DNA of 64,000 bases from Camelus dromedarius (Eukaryota). Below are positions 26,035 through 39,914 of the stretch, one piece after another (positions within the stretch are counted from its first letter, which is position 1; the number at the start of each line of letters is the position of its first letter). The stretch is taken from positions 101,124,001 to 101,188,000 of the forward strand of contig NC_087436.1 in assembly GCF_036321535.1 (NCBI RefSeq). The letters run 5' to 3'. The notes below the pieces were generated by a model that was given only the letters and a program-made list of their open reading frames with translations, had not been told where the DNA came from and searched no databases. The translations under genes were made by a program, and so were the position numbers.

Positions 26035-26770
26035 CAGAAACAGTAAATAATTTCCCTATTCGACACAACAAATACCAATGAGTACCTTCTCTTGGCTTGG
26101 ATACAGCAGTGAAACACACATATACACACACACAAATTCCCAGACTCAGGAAACTTACATTCTAATGAGTGAGGAAGAAATAAGCCAAATATATAGGTAA
26201 CTATTAAACACACACACACACACACACAATATAAACATATATACGTACATACTTACATGCATGCATACACATCCCAAGCAGGACTGAGGGGAAGGGAAGA
26301 AAAGTGGGGAGTGTTTGGGATCTAAGAGGAAGGTGCTATTTGAAATAGAGTGGTCAGAAAGTCCTCACTGCTACAACGACCAGAAGGAGGTAAAACTTGA
26401 GCTATGTGGGGACTGGAGGAATTACCCCGGAAGGCAGAGCAGATTTAAAGATTCTGAGCAATAAGTGGACCTGGCTTTGAACAGGGAAGAGGCCAGTGTG
26501 GCTGAGGCCAACAGAGTGAGAGGAATGTGGTCAGAGATGTCTTTGGAGACGTGAGGAAATCAGATCATGCAGGGTCTTGACGCTTTTGGCCTTAACTTGA
26601 AGTAAGCTAGGGAGTCACTGGAGGCTTCTGAACAGAGGAGTAATTTGAATTATATTTTATAAGAATTATTCTGCCTGCAGTTTTAAAAATAGACAGCTGT
26701 AGGGGCCAGGGTTAGAAGCAGGGAGACTAATTAAGAGTCTTTTAGACACTCTTTGCCATGCAGATGAGAC
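26035..26770 (-). mobile_element. L2 LINE 3' region with an internal CA tract
   Basis: gagtggtcagaaagtcctcactg...gaggccagtgtggctgag...cagatcatgcagggtcttg...gggagtcactggaggcttctgaacagaggagt...gaagcagggagactaattaagag. Confidence 0.8.
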
Positions 26771-27284
26771 AGCATAAAATTAAACAAAAACAAAATAGCG
26801 TGCGTGCCCCTGTATAAAAGCAAAGCAAAACAAAACAAAACAAAACAATAAAAGTCCTTTAACAAAAATCCGCAATGTCCTGAAAAATGCAGTTGCTGAC
26901 TAGTTACTTTCTCCAGGGTATGAATACGAATATCAGAAGAGAAAAGCCAATGAGGATGAAAAAAATGCATGTTCTTCAACAAATTACACAAACCCCTAAT
27001 ATTTCATTTCCTTCCTATTATTTATAATTTAAATATTTTTCTACACCTAATTACTTACTGAAATTTATAGAACAGGCACACGCACACAAAAGGAAAAATT
27101 GAAATCCAAATGCTTAATGAATAACGCAGAATCTTTTGCGTTAGGACACGCTAGTAATTAAACTAGGCTTAAAAAATAAATTTTAAAATATTAAAATAAT
27201 TAAACAAGTCAGCACACTGAAACCTACAGAAAGAATGTAAAATTTTTAAGCACTATGAGTAACAGCCTCAGAAACATATTTCAT

Positions 27285-27430
27285 TGAGCCCTCACGACAT
27301 CCCATAGGATAGAAGGAGGTGAAAAAACTGAGGCTTCAAGATGTTAGATGACCTACCCAAGGTCCTATAGCAAGTGAGTATCAGTCGTGGATTCAGATCC
27401 AGGTGTTTGCTTCTAGATTCCATTTTCTTC
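27285..27430 (-). mobile_element. MIR SINE
   Basis: gaaaaaactgaggcttcaagatgttagatgacctacccaaggtcctatagc...ggattcagatccagg. Confidence 0.7.
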
Positions 27431-29759
27431 TATCTAAATTCCTCCAAACAGAGATTGCAAAGCAAATAATCAAATACTTAACGATGGTCAGTACTGTCAA
27501 TAACTTGCCTTGAAGTGACTGATCTGTACTCTGCTGATTTGTTCACTGAATTTCTGGCAAAGTGATGCAGAAATAGGATGCTGTGCTAACTCATGATGAA
27601 ACTGACTGATGAGGTTCTTCTACATGTGAGCGGAAGCAAAAAGCCTTTCATAAAAAGACTCCTAAAGTGTCCTTTTCCCCAGTTCTTTGCAATAAGTGCA
27701 CCCCCATCAGTATCTTTTTTCTCTACTCTTTACAGTGAAATCCTGATTGAAATCCAAGCCTATCTTGAAAGGCAGGTATACATTTTTTGTATAATATACA
27801 ATCACTTTTTGGAGAACAGATTTTTTTTTTCTGTCTTCTGATGCCTAAATGAAAAGATAGAAAACTGTTTCAAAAATGATTATGAATTCTTATGGTAAAA
27901 AATAGGCACTTTCCACTTCTAAAATCTAAGAAAAATGAAATAAGTCTCATTTCAAAATTTTACCTTATCTTGCAAAGAATTACAATATAGACTTAATTTA
28001 AAAGAAGCAACATAATTAAAGAGGAAAGTCCCTGCTTACATGTTTTAAAAGGTCAGTGGCAAAACTTGACACGAGAAAATGTGTTTCAAATTGCACCTTT
28101 TAAATTTAAATTCCTCTTTAAATGTTTCTCTACAAAGTCAATCACTGCAGGAGAGAAGTACTTCAGGGAGTTTAGAACTGAAAATACATCTTAAATCAAA
28201 ATACGCCACTAGCAGCGTTATACAAAAACTCAAGAGACAACCTGACATCATCTGAATTTCTTTAAATGTGCACAGTATATTTCAAAATACATTTGAAGCC
28301 AATTTGGTCAAATTTAACTGGATCTATTTTTACCATAAAGACAAAATGATATTTTAATAATATGATGAACAAAACTTACTCATCTACAAAACAATGCAAG
28401 TTAATAACTGATCAGGAGTCTCATGGGAGTGGTGTCCCTATGTAACATACAGATCCATTTGGTAATTTATTGAATCAATCCACTTGCATTGCTTCAAGTA
28501 CCTTTTCTCAAAGTTCCATCTGCAATGAGATACTGGGTATATTTCCTTTTAATTTTTTTAATTTTATTTTATACACGCATGCACACACATATATAATCCA
28601 TACTCACACATAAAAATGAACATATACGTTTACAGTCTCATTATATAACTTACAATTTAGCTTTATTCTCTTTTTTATTAATATAATGCCTTTTAATGTG
28701 TACTTGTTAATCTGTCTCAAAAGCTTTACTCTCTAAACTCACTGAGTAGAGGGATAGAGTCTTACACTAGTTTTTACATTCCCATCACATCAAACATAAG
28801 ATAGGAAAGCAGATGCTCGATTTATGAGTTGTAATTAACACATTTGCTTTAATAAAAAGTTATGGGAAAATGGACTCTAATCCACTCTTACGTCTTTACA
28901 TTAGGAATTAAATGTGAGGAGCTAGTAACTTATTCCAAAAGCTAAAGAATACATTTAGTTAATAAATTATATAAAGTGTATATCCGTATTTCAAGCCTCA
29001 GCCATCTTTCACAAGGGAAAAGAATCTGCTTGATTTGTTTCCATATGTCTTTTTACCAGCTATTAAGCAATAGTGCAATGAGTGGTGAACCAAAGTCAAC
29101 AGAGATTACAAACGGGCTTCTTTGTGTATGTGTGTGTGTATATATTTATATATAAAGATAAAATTAGGTAGGTAAAGGAAATACCAGTGTTAGGTAAGGG
29201 CAAGGTGAAAAATTCACCGACAGTGCTTTTTAGAGAAGAAAGAACAAATGAAATAGAATTGAAGCTGCATTTCACCTCATTTTAAGACAACTCACTGAAG
29301 AGTAAAATAAAGAAAATCACATTTAAGTGAGTCAACAACAGAGAGTAACATGATGAATGAATTTTTTACTGTGGATCTGGACTGATACTAACGCTACAGA
29401 AATATTTGGAAAGGCATGATAAAAAAGTTTCTGAAGTGTGTTTACAATGATATTTCCTTTGTTCACAGATAGATAGATGGATAGATATTCCAAAAATAAA
29501 CAAATTTCCACATATATATATAAACATTACTTATATAAAATACAAGTAAATGTTAATTATGTGTAAAAATAGGTAAAAAGAAACTGGGCCCTAGAGTATA
29601 TTTGTTTATCCAAAATTTTAAAATAATATATAAAAGAGGTCAAAATTTCCTAATCACGTCAGACATAGATAAATCTAGGTATATCACTTAGAAAAATTTA
29701 CCCAGCTCTTAAAAAAAACAAAAGACAAACAACAAAACACAACCCTGTGAGCAAGGTAA

Positions 29760-29983
29760 AATTACTTCCTTGAAGCAGCCTTCACAGCTCCCATGGGCTC
29801 TTCGTCTACGCTGCCTGGGTGCAGGGTGAGTCGTACCCTACAGTGTTCCCACTGTGTTTCTGTTGCCTCCACTAGACTGTAAACTTCTTGAAGGCAGGGA
29901 TTGTGCCTCACACAGCCCTGCAGTCCCTGTCTTTAGCGTGATGTGTTGCTAAGGTCAGTATTCTCTTGAGCGAATAAATGACA
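29760..29983 (+). mobile_element. L2 3' end
   Basis: ctccactagactgtaaacttcttgaaggcagggattgtg...gaataaatga. Confidence 0.7.
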
Positions 29984-31244
29984 TTATTTGAAGGATCTAG
30001 AAATTGATGGAATTCTTGCAACATCACTCGGTGAATAACATTCCAAAATTAATAGTTCAATTTTTGCTAATGCCTTTGTCTGACTCCTCTTTAAAAATTT
30101 TAGAGTTGCAAACAAATATGCAACAAATGAAAAAAAATGTATTTTAAAGATTTCTCTCTTTATAGATTTCTCTCTATATTTAAAAACATAGATTGCAATA
30201 TCCAATAGTTCAACTATTTATTTATAAGAAGGGCTGGTATTTTCTGGTTTGAAGATGATGCTGTGACCTTCTACACCCTTTTATTTCCAATGGCTCTCCT
30301 ACATGCTCAGTACCATAGATTTACAAAAGTTCCATTCAGGATAGAACCAGAATACAGCACTCTGATTGAGTTACCCCATCTCCCTAGATGTGTTAACCAC
30401 CAGAAGCTCAATATATCTTCATAATACTTAGAATTATATTTCCTTCATTTTCTAATTAAAGGCCTGATTATATTTATGACAGTTAGAGAATTTAATATGT
30501 GCATGCTTAATTAGTTGAAAAATTAAATTCAACAGCTCACCTACTATTCACTACATCTATTATAATAACAAAAAAAAATGTAAGTAGCCTTAATGTTATT
30601 CTCTCAAAATAAATTAGATGGATAATGTTTTCCCTTCATTATATGAGGGGGGAAAACAACGAAGACAGTACTGAGAATAGGGTTTAGAAAATATGGAGAC
30701 AGTATATACTTTAAGAAGTTGACGGAAGGTGGAATGAAACGGGAGCAACGGAGTACACCAGAATGGAGTATTACTTTACTCTCTAAACTTTAAAAAATAT
30801 ACCTTAACAGAATTCATCAATGTGAATTATAATATGACTCACTTCACTGACTGGGATATTGAAGTTGTCCTAGAAAATAAAAGAAAGTTTATTGATTTAT
30901 CAGTGAACATTTGTACAAAATGTACTTAAGAATTCCTATTTTGACTAGAGTATTCAATTAATCCTGCCTGAATTTCTGAGAGAAAAAAATGATGCAAATT
31001 TTAATGTAATTTTGAGATGTTATCTTGCTAGGTAATATTTTCAAGATATATATGGAGAATAATGAAACAAATAGTGACAGATTCATAGTTACTGACATAT
31101 AAAGATTTTAGGGCTTGAAGACAGTCAAAACCACAGTACCACCTACCCTACAGCCAAATATATTACACATACCAGAAAGCTGAGAATGTTACAATGGTAG
31201 ACTTATTTTATCAGTTTTATTTATTTAAGCTGTCTGGTTGTAAA

Positions 31245-31373
31245 TTTCTTTTTTGTGTGTGGGGGGGTGCTGTTACTAGGTTTACTAATTTTTTAATGGA
31301 TGTACTGGGGATTGAACCCAGGACCTTGTGCATTCTAAGCACACATACTACCACTGAGCTCTACCCTCCCGCC
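31245..31373 (-). mobile_element. tRNA-Ala-derived SINE (Vic-1-like)
   Basis: Minus strand: gcgggagggtagagctcagtggtagtatgtgtgcttagaatgcacaaggtcctgggttcaatccccagtacatccattaaaaa. 12-bp TSD: tctggttgtaaa (31233-31244) / tctggttgtgaa (31374-31385). Confidence 0.9.
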
Positions 31374-31707
31374 TCTGGTTGTGAACCTTTACTCTCAGGA
31401 ATGTTACAGATTTAGGAGCAGGTGCCTCAGCTCCCATTCTTGGAATCGGCATACATCTCCTATTACGCCTTTAGACTCGGCATACCTCTGTCTCCGTCCA
31501 CTGAACTGTGATTTGGGGGCCATGTCTTGTGCACCCCTGAATTAAATCACCCTATACTTTCCCAAGTCTGGGCCTTGCCCTTGGCTAATCTTTTTCACTA
31601 TAAGGCCTTCCTGTCCTCTACCTAGTCAAATGTTACTTGTATTTCAAAGCTCAACTCCATTGCTCTGAGTCTTTTCGGAATCACTCTGGCTTCCACTTGC
31701 CCTCAGT

Positions 31708-31978
31708 CAAGGTCACATTTTGACTTCCATGGACCCTAGGCTCTTCTGCCTTTATGGAACACTTTCATCATTAAAACACATTACACATTATGTATAATGA
31801 CCATGTTGGTATAAAGATAAACATATTAATATTCTGTATTAAAACATTTTATTTGACTGAAAAGATCCTTGTTTATCTTCTGATTTTAAGTGAAACTGAA
31901 ACACTGTCATGGGCCCCATACTAAAAAGTATTTTGGCTCCAATATTTTAACTACCACGCCCAGTAGGAGTCAGTTCCA
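31708..31978. mobile_element. ORSL-like hAT-Tip100 DNA transposon inside L2 sequence
   Basis: cattttgacttccatggaccctagg...tgttggtataaagataaacatattaatat...attaaaacatttt...tcttctgattttaa...catgggcccc matches a Tip100-family consensus as I recall it; the family name is less certain than the class. L2-like sequence lies on both flanks. Confidence 0.7.
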
Positions 31979-32249
31979 TCCCAGGGCCCTCCTCCAATGC
32001 CAGAGCTAAAGATTCTACACTGCTGTGTTCTTACAGTGCTTTATGAGTGCCCAACACAGTGCCAAGCAAAGAACAGCCCCTAAGAAATTTTGTTTAATGC
32101 TATTAATGAACATTTCACCATTTCTTTATCAGTAATTGAATACATTTTGCCTCCCTAAAACTTATGACTTCCTCGAAGAATGAGCCAAGGCTTTATGCAC
32201 TTCTATGTATCTAGAGACTCATAAGTTATTTGGTATACAGTAAACATCT

Positions 32250-32276
32250 ATTGAATTGAATTGAATTGAATTGAAT
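32250..32276. repeat. (TTGAA)5 microsatellite at an L2 tail
   Basis: Read directly from the sequence; preceded by an L2 3'-end-like stretch. Confidence 0.85.
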
Positions 32277-35200
32277 GAAATAGTGCTTATTTTTGCCAAC
32301 TCATGCCAGAAGCCACTGACTGCCACTTGGGAGGAAATATTCTTCCAACGGAAGGTGTAGCATCCTTTCACATGAGCAGAATATTCGAAGTTTCTGATTG
32401 TCATTCAAATGTTTCCAGTTATCTGAACCTCAGTTTTGATAAGAAATACACAGATAGCTAGACATGATCTGTGACAGTAATCCGTTAAAAGAGTCACTAC
32501 AGGATTTTATGAGCTGTGTTCTGACATCGGCATAGTGCCTCTACTATGACTGTTAAAGTTCAGCCGTGACCTTCAAGATGAAAATAGTTTATACAGTACA
32601 AAAAAGAAATGAGAGAATGAAAAGTTGCTTTAAAAATGATAATTTACAAAAGCGTTCCTCATTTATTTATTATACTTACATCTATTTATTTGTTATTATA
32701 ACAAAATTTATTTTTCAATATTTAAGTCCAATGAGTATGAAAGCACAAAATAAACTAAGAACTTGTTATATTAACTGCAAATCTAATTAATTATTAGCTG
32801 TTTAATATCGTCCCATATCTATTTATGAAATTAAAATGAACTACACACATAAACTATCTGTATATCTATTCATTCATTCAACTTATAGGTAATAAATGCC
32901 TATTAAAGATACTGCAGCACCCATGACTGTATTTACAGAAGATCTCGGTCTAGTGAGACAGACAAATAAACAGTCCGTTATAAACGTTATCCACTCAGAT
33001 AATTATTAGGAGAGGTGGACATTTGTGCTAGTAAAAGGCAAGAGGCGCACCTGACCCTTCAAAAAACTTCAGGTTTTTCTTAATGAAATCTTCAGACGGC
33101 ATTATAAACTACACAAGTCATGAAAGAGAACTGAAGTGTAAAGAAGAAAAAAAAATTAAGTCTCTATAATCATACCATACAGAGTTGAGCTGCCTGTTGA
33201 CAAACAAGGAAAATGTAACCAGAAGAAAAAGAGAATTTGCATTCCAGACGTGTGCAAATGCAAACAGGACTGAGAGGGCATCACAAAACCAGGAAAGGTG
33301 CCAGAGCATTGGAGCCGGGGCACAGGAGGTGTTACGTATACGAAGTAAACCAGACTAACCCATTCTGCTTCTGCTGAGATGGTCGCTGGGTCATCCAAGT
33401 CAAAAGACAAGCAGGAGAACTGGAGTCTCCCTGTAGGGAAGGCTGTACAGAACTCCCACGCTGCGGGAGATGCAAGGTCAGTGAATTTTCACGAACCCCT
33501 CAGAGACTGAGGCTCAGAATGAAGCAGGGCTGGACCAATTCTACATACTACTTCTCCTCAGAGATAAAATACTTTAGTCTTCAGGTGGGTGACAAAGATG
33601 GCCCTATTGAGAAGCCTGGCTGGTGACAGCTATATCTGCCTCCTGAGAGGGACTTACTTTGACAAAATATTTGCACATTCTTCATTTTATTCAGTCTTCG
33701 TAACAGTGCTAAAGACTAGCAGAGACATTCCCTGAATTTGACCACCACGGAAATGGAGTCTCAGGGACATGCCGAGTTTTTTTCACGGTGAAAGCGTCTC
33801 AAAATAAGAGCAGGACTAGTTTTTCCCTTTCCCTCTTTTCAGTGGGGAGACCTGGTTATTCAAGACATTCTCCAGCGGGCAACACAGAGAGTTGGGGGCC
33901 AGAGTTGAGGGAGTTCATACTGCTATCCAAATGATTGATTATGAAAGTTTATTTTTTGCTTTGATTTATTTAAATAACTGTTTAATTTTCCATTTTGTTG
34001 AGTGTATGTAGCTACATCATTAATCCAATTTAAGTTTTTAAAAGGTTATAGGCTTAATAGAGAATGAGAAAAAGAATGATAAACTCTATTTTTCCAGATA
34101 CATTTGTGAGCTTTTCAGAAGTGACACCAATATGAATATTTCATAATTGCATATTTTCTCTTTGAGGACCAATAGCCATTTTAATATAGAAACCATTAAT
34201 AGAATTACCAGATGGGCGCTTTATTTGCTTTTAAAGTGGGTTACAAATAGTAGCAATTAGTCATTGATGAAGACCTCTCAGTAGAGAGGTTTTTCGTAAT
34301 TCAGCAACATGATAATTTTTTATTTCATCTGCGAAATAATAAATACAAAAATATTTGTAAAAAGCAACATATATCTTGACAATTTTCTAATTATCTGTGT
34401 GTAAAATACTCAATTCTTCCTCACAGACAGAACTTTTCACATGACACATTTGTATTCTAAAGCCTATAAAAGATTACTAGAAAGTCAGCCCATATTTCTA
34501 CAGTTTGCTTTTTATCTGATTCTACCTCGTTAGAGCCCAGAGTTGTATTTATTTACCACACAAAAAGAGGTAACTGCTCATATGAAACACAGAGGGGAGA
34601 ATGGGTGTTGAGCTGAAAGCTGAATTTATTCAGAAATAGCATTAAAAACTAGACTCCACACTTTTCAGTAAAAATAAGTAGAGAAGGATGCCAGATGGAA
34701 ATCAGCCAAATGGTGTTCTTTTAGGAATTGTGTCTAAGTTATCCTGAAGGGGGAATAAAAAAGAGAGAGAGAGAAAGAGAGTTTTTAGCCAGATGCCCTG
34801 AAAAAGTTTTCTGGCTTTCCTTGCCAACAAAGAAGCAGAAAATAATTATTATTATTCAAACATCTTAACGAATCCATGAGAAAAACTACTAAATATTTTA
34901 TACTAGGAAATGCAATTCATCGTGGCTTTTCTGTGATATTTGAAATTTATCTATTGTAATCTCTCTATAAAATCAATGATGGATAATGGCATTTAACCCC
35001 TTTTCAGTATGTTTGTTCATGTAGTCAGTACTGACGTCGCTTCCAACCATCCCACAGCCTTTCTGCATGTCTGGTTCTCACTCATCTTCTGCAAACACCA
35101 ACACAAAGATGTATCTACATGACTACCCCTCCTTCCTACACCAGCTAAGAAAAGAAGCCACCCATGTCACTGTAGGCCCCCAGAGAGCCCACTGTGATGA

Positions 35201-36289
35201 CACGTTTTGGCTCCTCTTAGGAAAAAAAAAAGAACTTGGGTTGAGACCTCTCTTGTTTGAGAGTCCTTCACAATGTATGCTCTAATTAAGCATCTCACTC
35301 TGGGATTTACAAAATATTTCAGGTCAAAAAGCCTCTCTCATAGCCCTTTCTATCAACTGGAATTTTGAAAGTGTGCCAGAAGTCCCCAAATTTCCTTTTT
35401 CACAAATAGATGATGACTGTTACAATATGTCCCGAGTTAGGCCTCGGAGTATAATAATATTTAGCTACAAAGTCAGAACACGTGCTCCATCCTATCTTTA
35501 AAAAAATCCAACCTGAATCCAGAAATATAATATTTGCAGTTAAGACTAGAAAGCCTAATTTTATATTCTAATCTTAAGTGATTATAAAGAGTTAGCTGGG
35601 ACTGCAAATATAGCATTATATTTGATGAATAAGAATCTATTCTATTTTGGTAGTGGAAAGCCCACGATTGCAGTTCATGCATGCCTGATATCCTCATGGT
35701 AGTTACCTTAAAACAGTAATCCATGAACATGCCTCTATGGTCAATGTCTTGATCTCGTGATATTTATAATCAAAAGACATGGTTTCTCAAGTTAGTAAGT
35801 ATCCTTGCTTCAGAAACAATAAGAAGTAGGTTTTGCACTGTTTTCCTCAAAAGTAAAATAAATGTAAGGAAGACAATATTTGTTTGTATTTCATTGTTTA
35901 CACTTTGGAGAACTACCTACACAACAATTAGAATCTTCTGATACATTAGCTTCATTGATAAAGTAATTCATGATTCAAGTGAAGTATTTCTAGGCTTACA
36001 AACAACCTTCGAGTCATTTTAGCAGTGTCTTCTTATATGTATATCTTGTATATAAATCAAAAGGTGAACAGCTCATTTTCCAAAAATAGTTCTCCAAGAG
36101 AACTCCAGATCCAAAACAAGTACCATTTTATTCACATCAACTTTTACAAATATGAAGAGGCTAGCTGGAGATGGTTACAATATTCTAAATGCTGAATGCA
36201 CCAGCAAACACCAGTGTATCATCTAATAATCACTTTCCTTATACGACGAAGTATATACAAAAATAAAATTTAAGAACTCTGCTGACCAA

Positions 36290-37960
36290 AATGTAAATAA
36301 TCAAGTAAAGCAAATGAAAGTTTACAAGAGGTTTTTAAAAAAATTTTCCAGATTTAGGTATGACCAATTTAGGCAAACTAAGGTTGGAGTGGAAATGGCA
36401 GATCCTAATGAGTGCTACAAAAACTCTACAACAGAGTATCATGATGAAGACGGTCAAGGGGGCCCCAGTGAGGACCTGACATCTGAAGTGAGATTTAAAT
36501 GATGAAGACAAGGCCTGCATATGAAGACTGGATGGGAGAAAGAGTGTTCCAGATAGAAAGCAAAACAAATTCAAAGGCTTCCAAGAAAGAATCTTTTGGC
36601 ATGTTTGAGTAACAGAAAAAGGGGTCAGAGTGGCTTTGGTTTAGAGAATAATGCTGAGAGTGAAAGGAGCTGAGCTCCCAGGGGCAGACTGGTCCCCAAA
36701 CAGGGCATGCTTGTAGACCACTTTGGAAGATTGGGTTTTATTCTCATTGTAATGGTAAAACAGTGGCAGATTTTAAATAGTGGAAGGACATATATGCATT
36801 TGCACACTAGAAATATCACTCCATGGATATTGTAGGAAGCATGGTAGAATTAGAGACACAGCAGATGTCAGTGGCTTGGTTTATGATTTAGAATAGAAGG
36901 TGGTGAAAAGTGGTCAGATTTGGTAAATATTTTTGATGTAAAGGTAATAGAAATTACTGGTGGACTGGAGTGGCATATAAGGGAAAAGAGTAAAAGATGA
37001 TCTTGGGGATTTTTCCCTGAAAAAAAAGTGGGTGGATATCAGTACTATTCATTCACCTGAGAAAGGTTTATTAAAAGGGCAAATGGAGGTATATGAGGGG
37101 AAAAAAATCAGTGGTTCTACTTTTACTGTGTTATGTTTGTGATAATAATGTTAATAAGTAGTAATTATTAAGCACTTATTCTGTGGCAAGTATACTTGTA
37201 AACACTTACATTTTTATTTATTTATATCTTTTACTTATTTAATTGTCCCAAGAATCCCATGAAGTAGTTTTTAGTATTATTCTCATTTTAGAGAGAAGAA
37301 AACTAAAAAAAAGTACAGAGAGACTTACCCTAGTCAGCCAGCTAATGGAGTCAAGGAGAATCTGATGCCAGGATCTGCCACATGACCACTGTGGACTACT
37401 GACTTTACCAGTAGAAAAGCTAGATAGGTATTTGTATTGAGTAGGGACCCAGAGGAGAAGCCTGGGATGGTGATATATAGAGCCAAAATCCTGGGGCACT
37501 ATATGATCTAGTCATCTTACCATTAGAAGCAGCATAGGAGACTCAGAAGATGCAGTCAACAATGGAGAAGGAAAACCAAGTGAATATGGTGATGAGAAGT
37601 ACCCCAGGGAGAGGGAGTGAATAACCAAATACTAAATTTAGACAAGGGGACAGAAATGATCACTGAATTTAGCAAAAGAAATTCTGCTGACCTTGATAGA
37701 GCCATGCCTGGGGAGTGGAAAGGATCAAAGACCCACAGGAGTGGATTAAAGAGACTTTGAGACTTAAGTGGAGAATGACCATATGGACACTTTGATATGC
37801 TTTGGTGAAGCAGATCAGGCACTTGAGGCTATACCTGGAGGAGGTAGCTAAGTCAGAGATCTACTTTTTACAGTTAGTTAGGTTCTTTCTGTTTAAGATA
37901 GGTTGTACTACCATATGTTCACGTGCAAATTAGCATGACCTAGTAGAGAAGAAGAAATTT
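36290..37960 (-). mobile_element. L2 LINE, about 1.4 kb, split by a MIR at about 37150-37385
   Basis: gaggacctgacatctgaagtgagatttaaatgatgaag...agagtgttccagatagaaag...ggtggtgaaaagtggtcagatttgg...gaccttgatagagcc...ggagtggaaagg. Confidence 0.8.
37150..37385 (-). mobile_element. MIR SINE inserted in L2
   Basis: ttattaagcacttattctgtggcaag...ttattctcattttagagagaagaaaact...gacttaccctagtcagccagctaatgg. Confidence 0.7.
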
Positions 37961-39562
37961 ATCTACTAGGACATATCGTAGGCTAAAAACAAACTAAGGT
38001 TCCATGCCTGTGAATTGTTTGCAAACAGTTTTAAGGTTTATTCACATAGATTTCACTTCAAGCTATACCACTGTTAAAAATAATAATCAACTTCTTATCT
38101 CTGGGCAAAGAGGAAGAAGCACATTCTCTTGGACTTCCTCTACCAATTCTGAGACATTCTTCTATTATCTTAGTTCAATAAGCCTTATGTCTACATCAAG
38201 CAAACTACCTGTCTTTTAAATCTTGTCATCTATAAGTAGTTCATCAATTCACTTGAATAATTTGGCTGCTAGCTTGTTTGGTGTTTGGTTTCTGTTTTTT
38301 GGTTTTCTTCTATCACTTGTCACTATCCTAGATGACTTGGATGACTCATACATCTATTCAGTTTCAAAATTCTTTTGCTCCTATATTCCAGTGACTATCA
38401 CTTCCACTAAGCTTGGGCAATCCACGCTAGATACAAAATGGATTGTTTCTAAACAAATTCTACTGTAATATCCAGAATTGTGAAATTCTCCTTCTAATCC
38501 CCTATCTCACTCACTCATGCCAACAAAAATTCTTCTTAGGCTTCAAAGGCTGATGCTCTTCCCTGCTTTGTCCTTCCATTTTTTTTGGCAGTCTCCAGTC
38601 GTTCCTGGCTTGACTGTTACCTCTTCCTAGTTTTGATCCCCCTGATAAGATACTTTCCTGGGTGCAACTGATTCTTCCACTCTTTGACCTTCTCTCACAG
38701 CTGTCTTGCCAATCCCATCACCAAATCAATCCTACCATCTGTTTGCTCTCCTCCTCCTCCCGGGCTGCCAAGAGTTCCTGAGAAAATTGAATAACCACGC
38801 TGATTGACTCTGCTACAAATTTATGATTTCCGATGTCAGCTGAACCCTCAGAGCTGCTTAGCAGTCCTATTACTCATTCCTACTTGGCTGGTCTTCCCAT
38901 TGCATACAGCAGCTATTCCCACCACACCCTCCTCAGATCCCCCACTCACCCTCACCCCCCTCAACCTCAACATGATTTCACCTCCTACTGCTGAGAACAT
39001 TGCGGTCATCATGTGTGAATCCCCTCGGCTTCCCTCCTCTCCATTTCCTAATTTATCTGTGTATTTACTTACCCAGGCTTCACTTTGCATCTCAGAAGAA
39101 GAACCCTTACTCTCTTGTTCATCTGACCTTTGATTCCACTCCTTCCTGCCTCTGCCATGACCCTGTTTCACTAATGTGCTTTCTCTTTTCTGTTCAACCT
39201 CTAGCTTTCTTTCAACCTACTAACCTACCTGAATTTCCCTATTTTATAAAAAAAATCTTTATTCCTCTCTTCCACCACCAAATTGCTGTTTCCTTTTTTT
39301 TTTTTTTTTCCCTCCTGCAAAAATTCTTGGCAAAGTACTTGCATTCAATGGCTCTACTTTTATTTAAAACTGGCTCCATAAAACTTGATGTTATCTTACC
39401 CGGCCACCATGTTGATGAAACTATTAGAAATGCTACATAAAGGAGTCTTTTCTCACTCTTAATTTTCTTGATCTGAACTGGGAGTTTGGCTTTAATATGA
39501 TTTCATTCACTTACTGCTTAAATTTGGCAAAGGTATTTAACTTCCTTAAGATTTAGCTCGCT

Positions 39563-39880
39563 TGGGGCTGGGCCAGAGTGGCAGAGGAGAAGAATATGTG
39601 GCTCACCTTCTCCCACAAATACCTCACAAACTACATCTACATACATAACAATTCACACAGAGTATCTCCTGAACTTTGGCAGAATATCTCTTACAGAGGA
39701 ATACAAGGAGAATCCTCACAAAACTGGATAATATCAATATCTTGTAGTAACCTATAATGAAAAAGTGTATGATAAGGAATATATGTATGTATACGTATGA
39801 CTGAAACATTATGTTGCACGCCAGCAATTAATGCACCATTGTAAACTGACTATACTTCAACTAAAAAACAAATAAATGAG
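39563..39880 (+). mobile_element. Bipartite mini-L1: L1 5' terminus fused to L1 3' terminus and A-rich tail
   Basis: 39564-~39728 resembles the artiodactyl L1 5' UTR start (…gtggcagaggagaagaatatgtggctcaccttctcccacaaatacctcacaaactacatctaca…). ~39733-39870 aligns to the L1 3' ends at 7051-7175 and 12180-12310. TSD taagatttagctcgct (39547-39562) / taagactgagctccct (39881-39896), 13/16 identical. Confidence 0.8.
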
Positions 39881-39914
39881 TAAGACTGAGCTCCCTCATA
39901 TTTAAATTGAGGAT

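Noticed and set aside
6545..28520. Other minus-strand AG...GT pairs (about 6545-6621, 20451-20515, 28380-28519)
   Set aside because: The exonic donor positions are weak or the pyrimidine tracts poor; I cannot distinguish them from background pseudo-exons.
38804..39440. Cluster of 107-146-aa ORFs
   Set aside because: They lie in decayed, pyrimidine-rich L2 sequence and show no intact reverse-transcriptase motifs.
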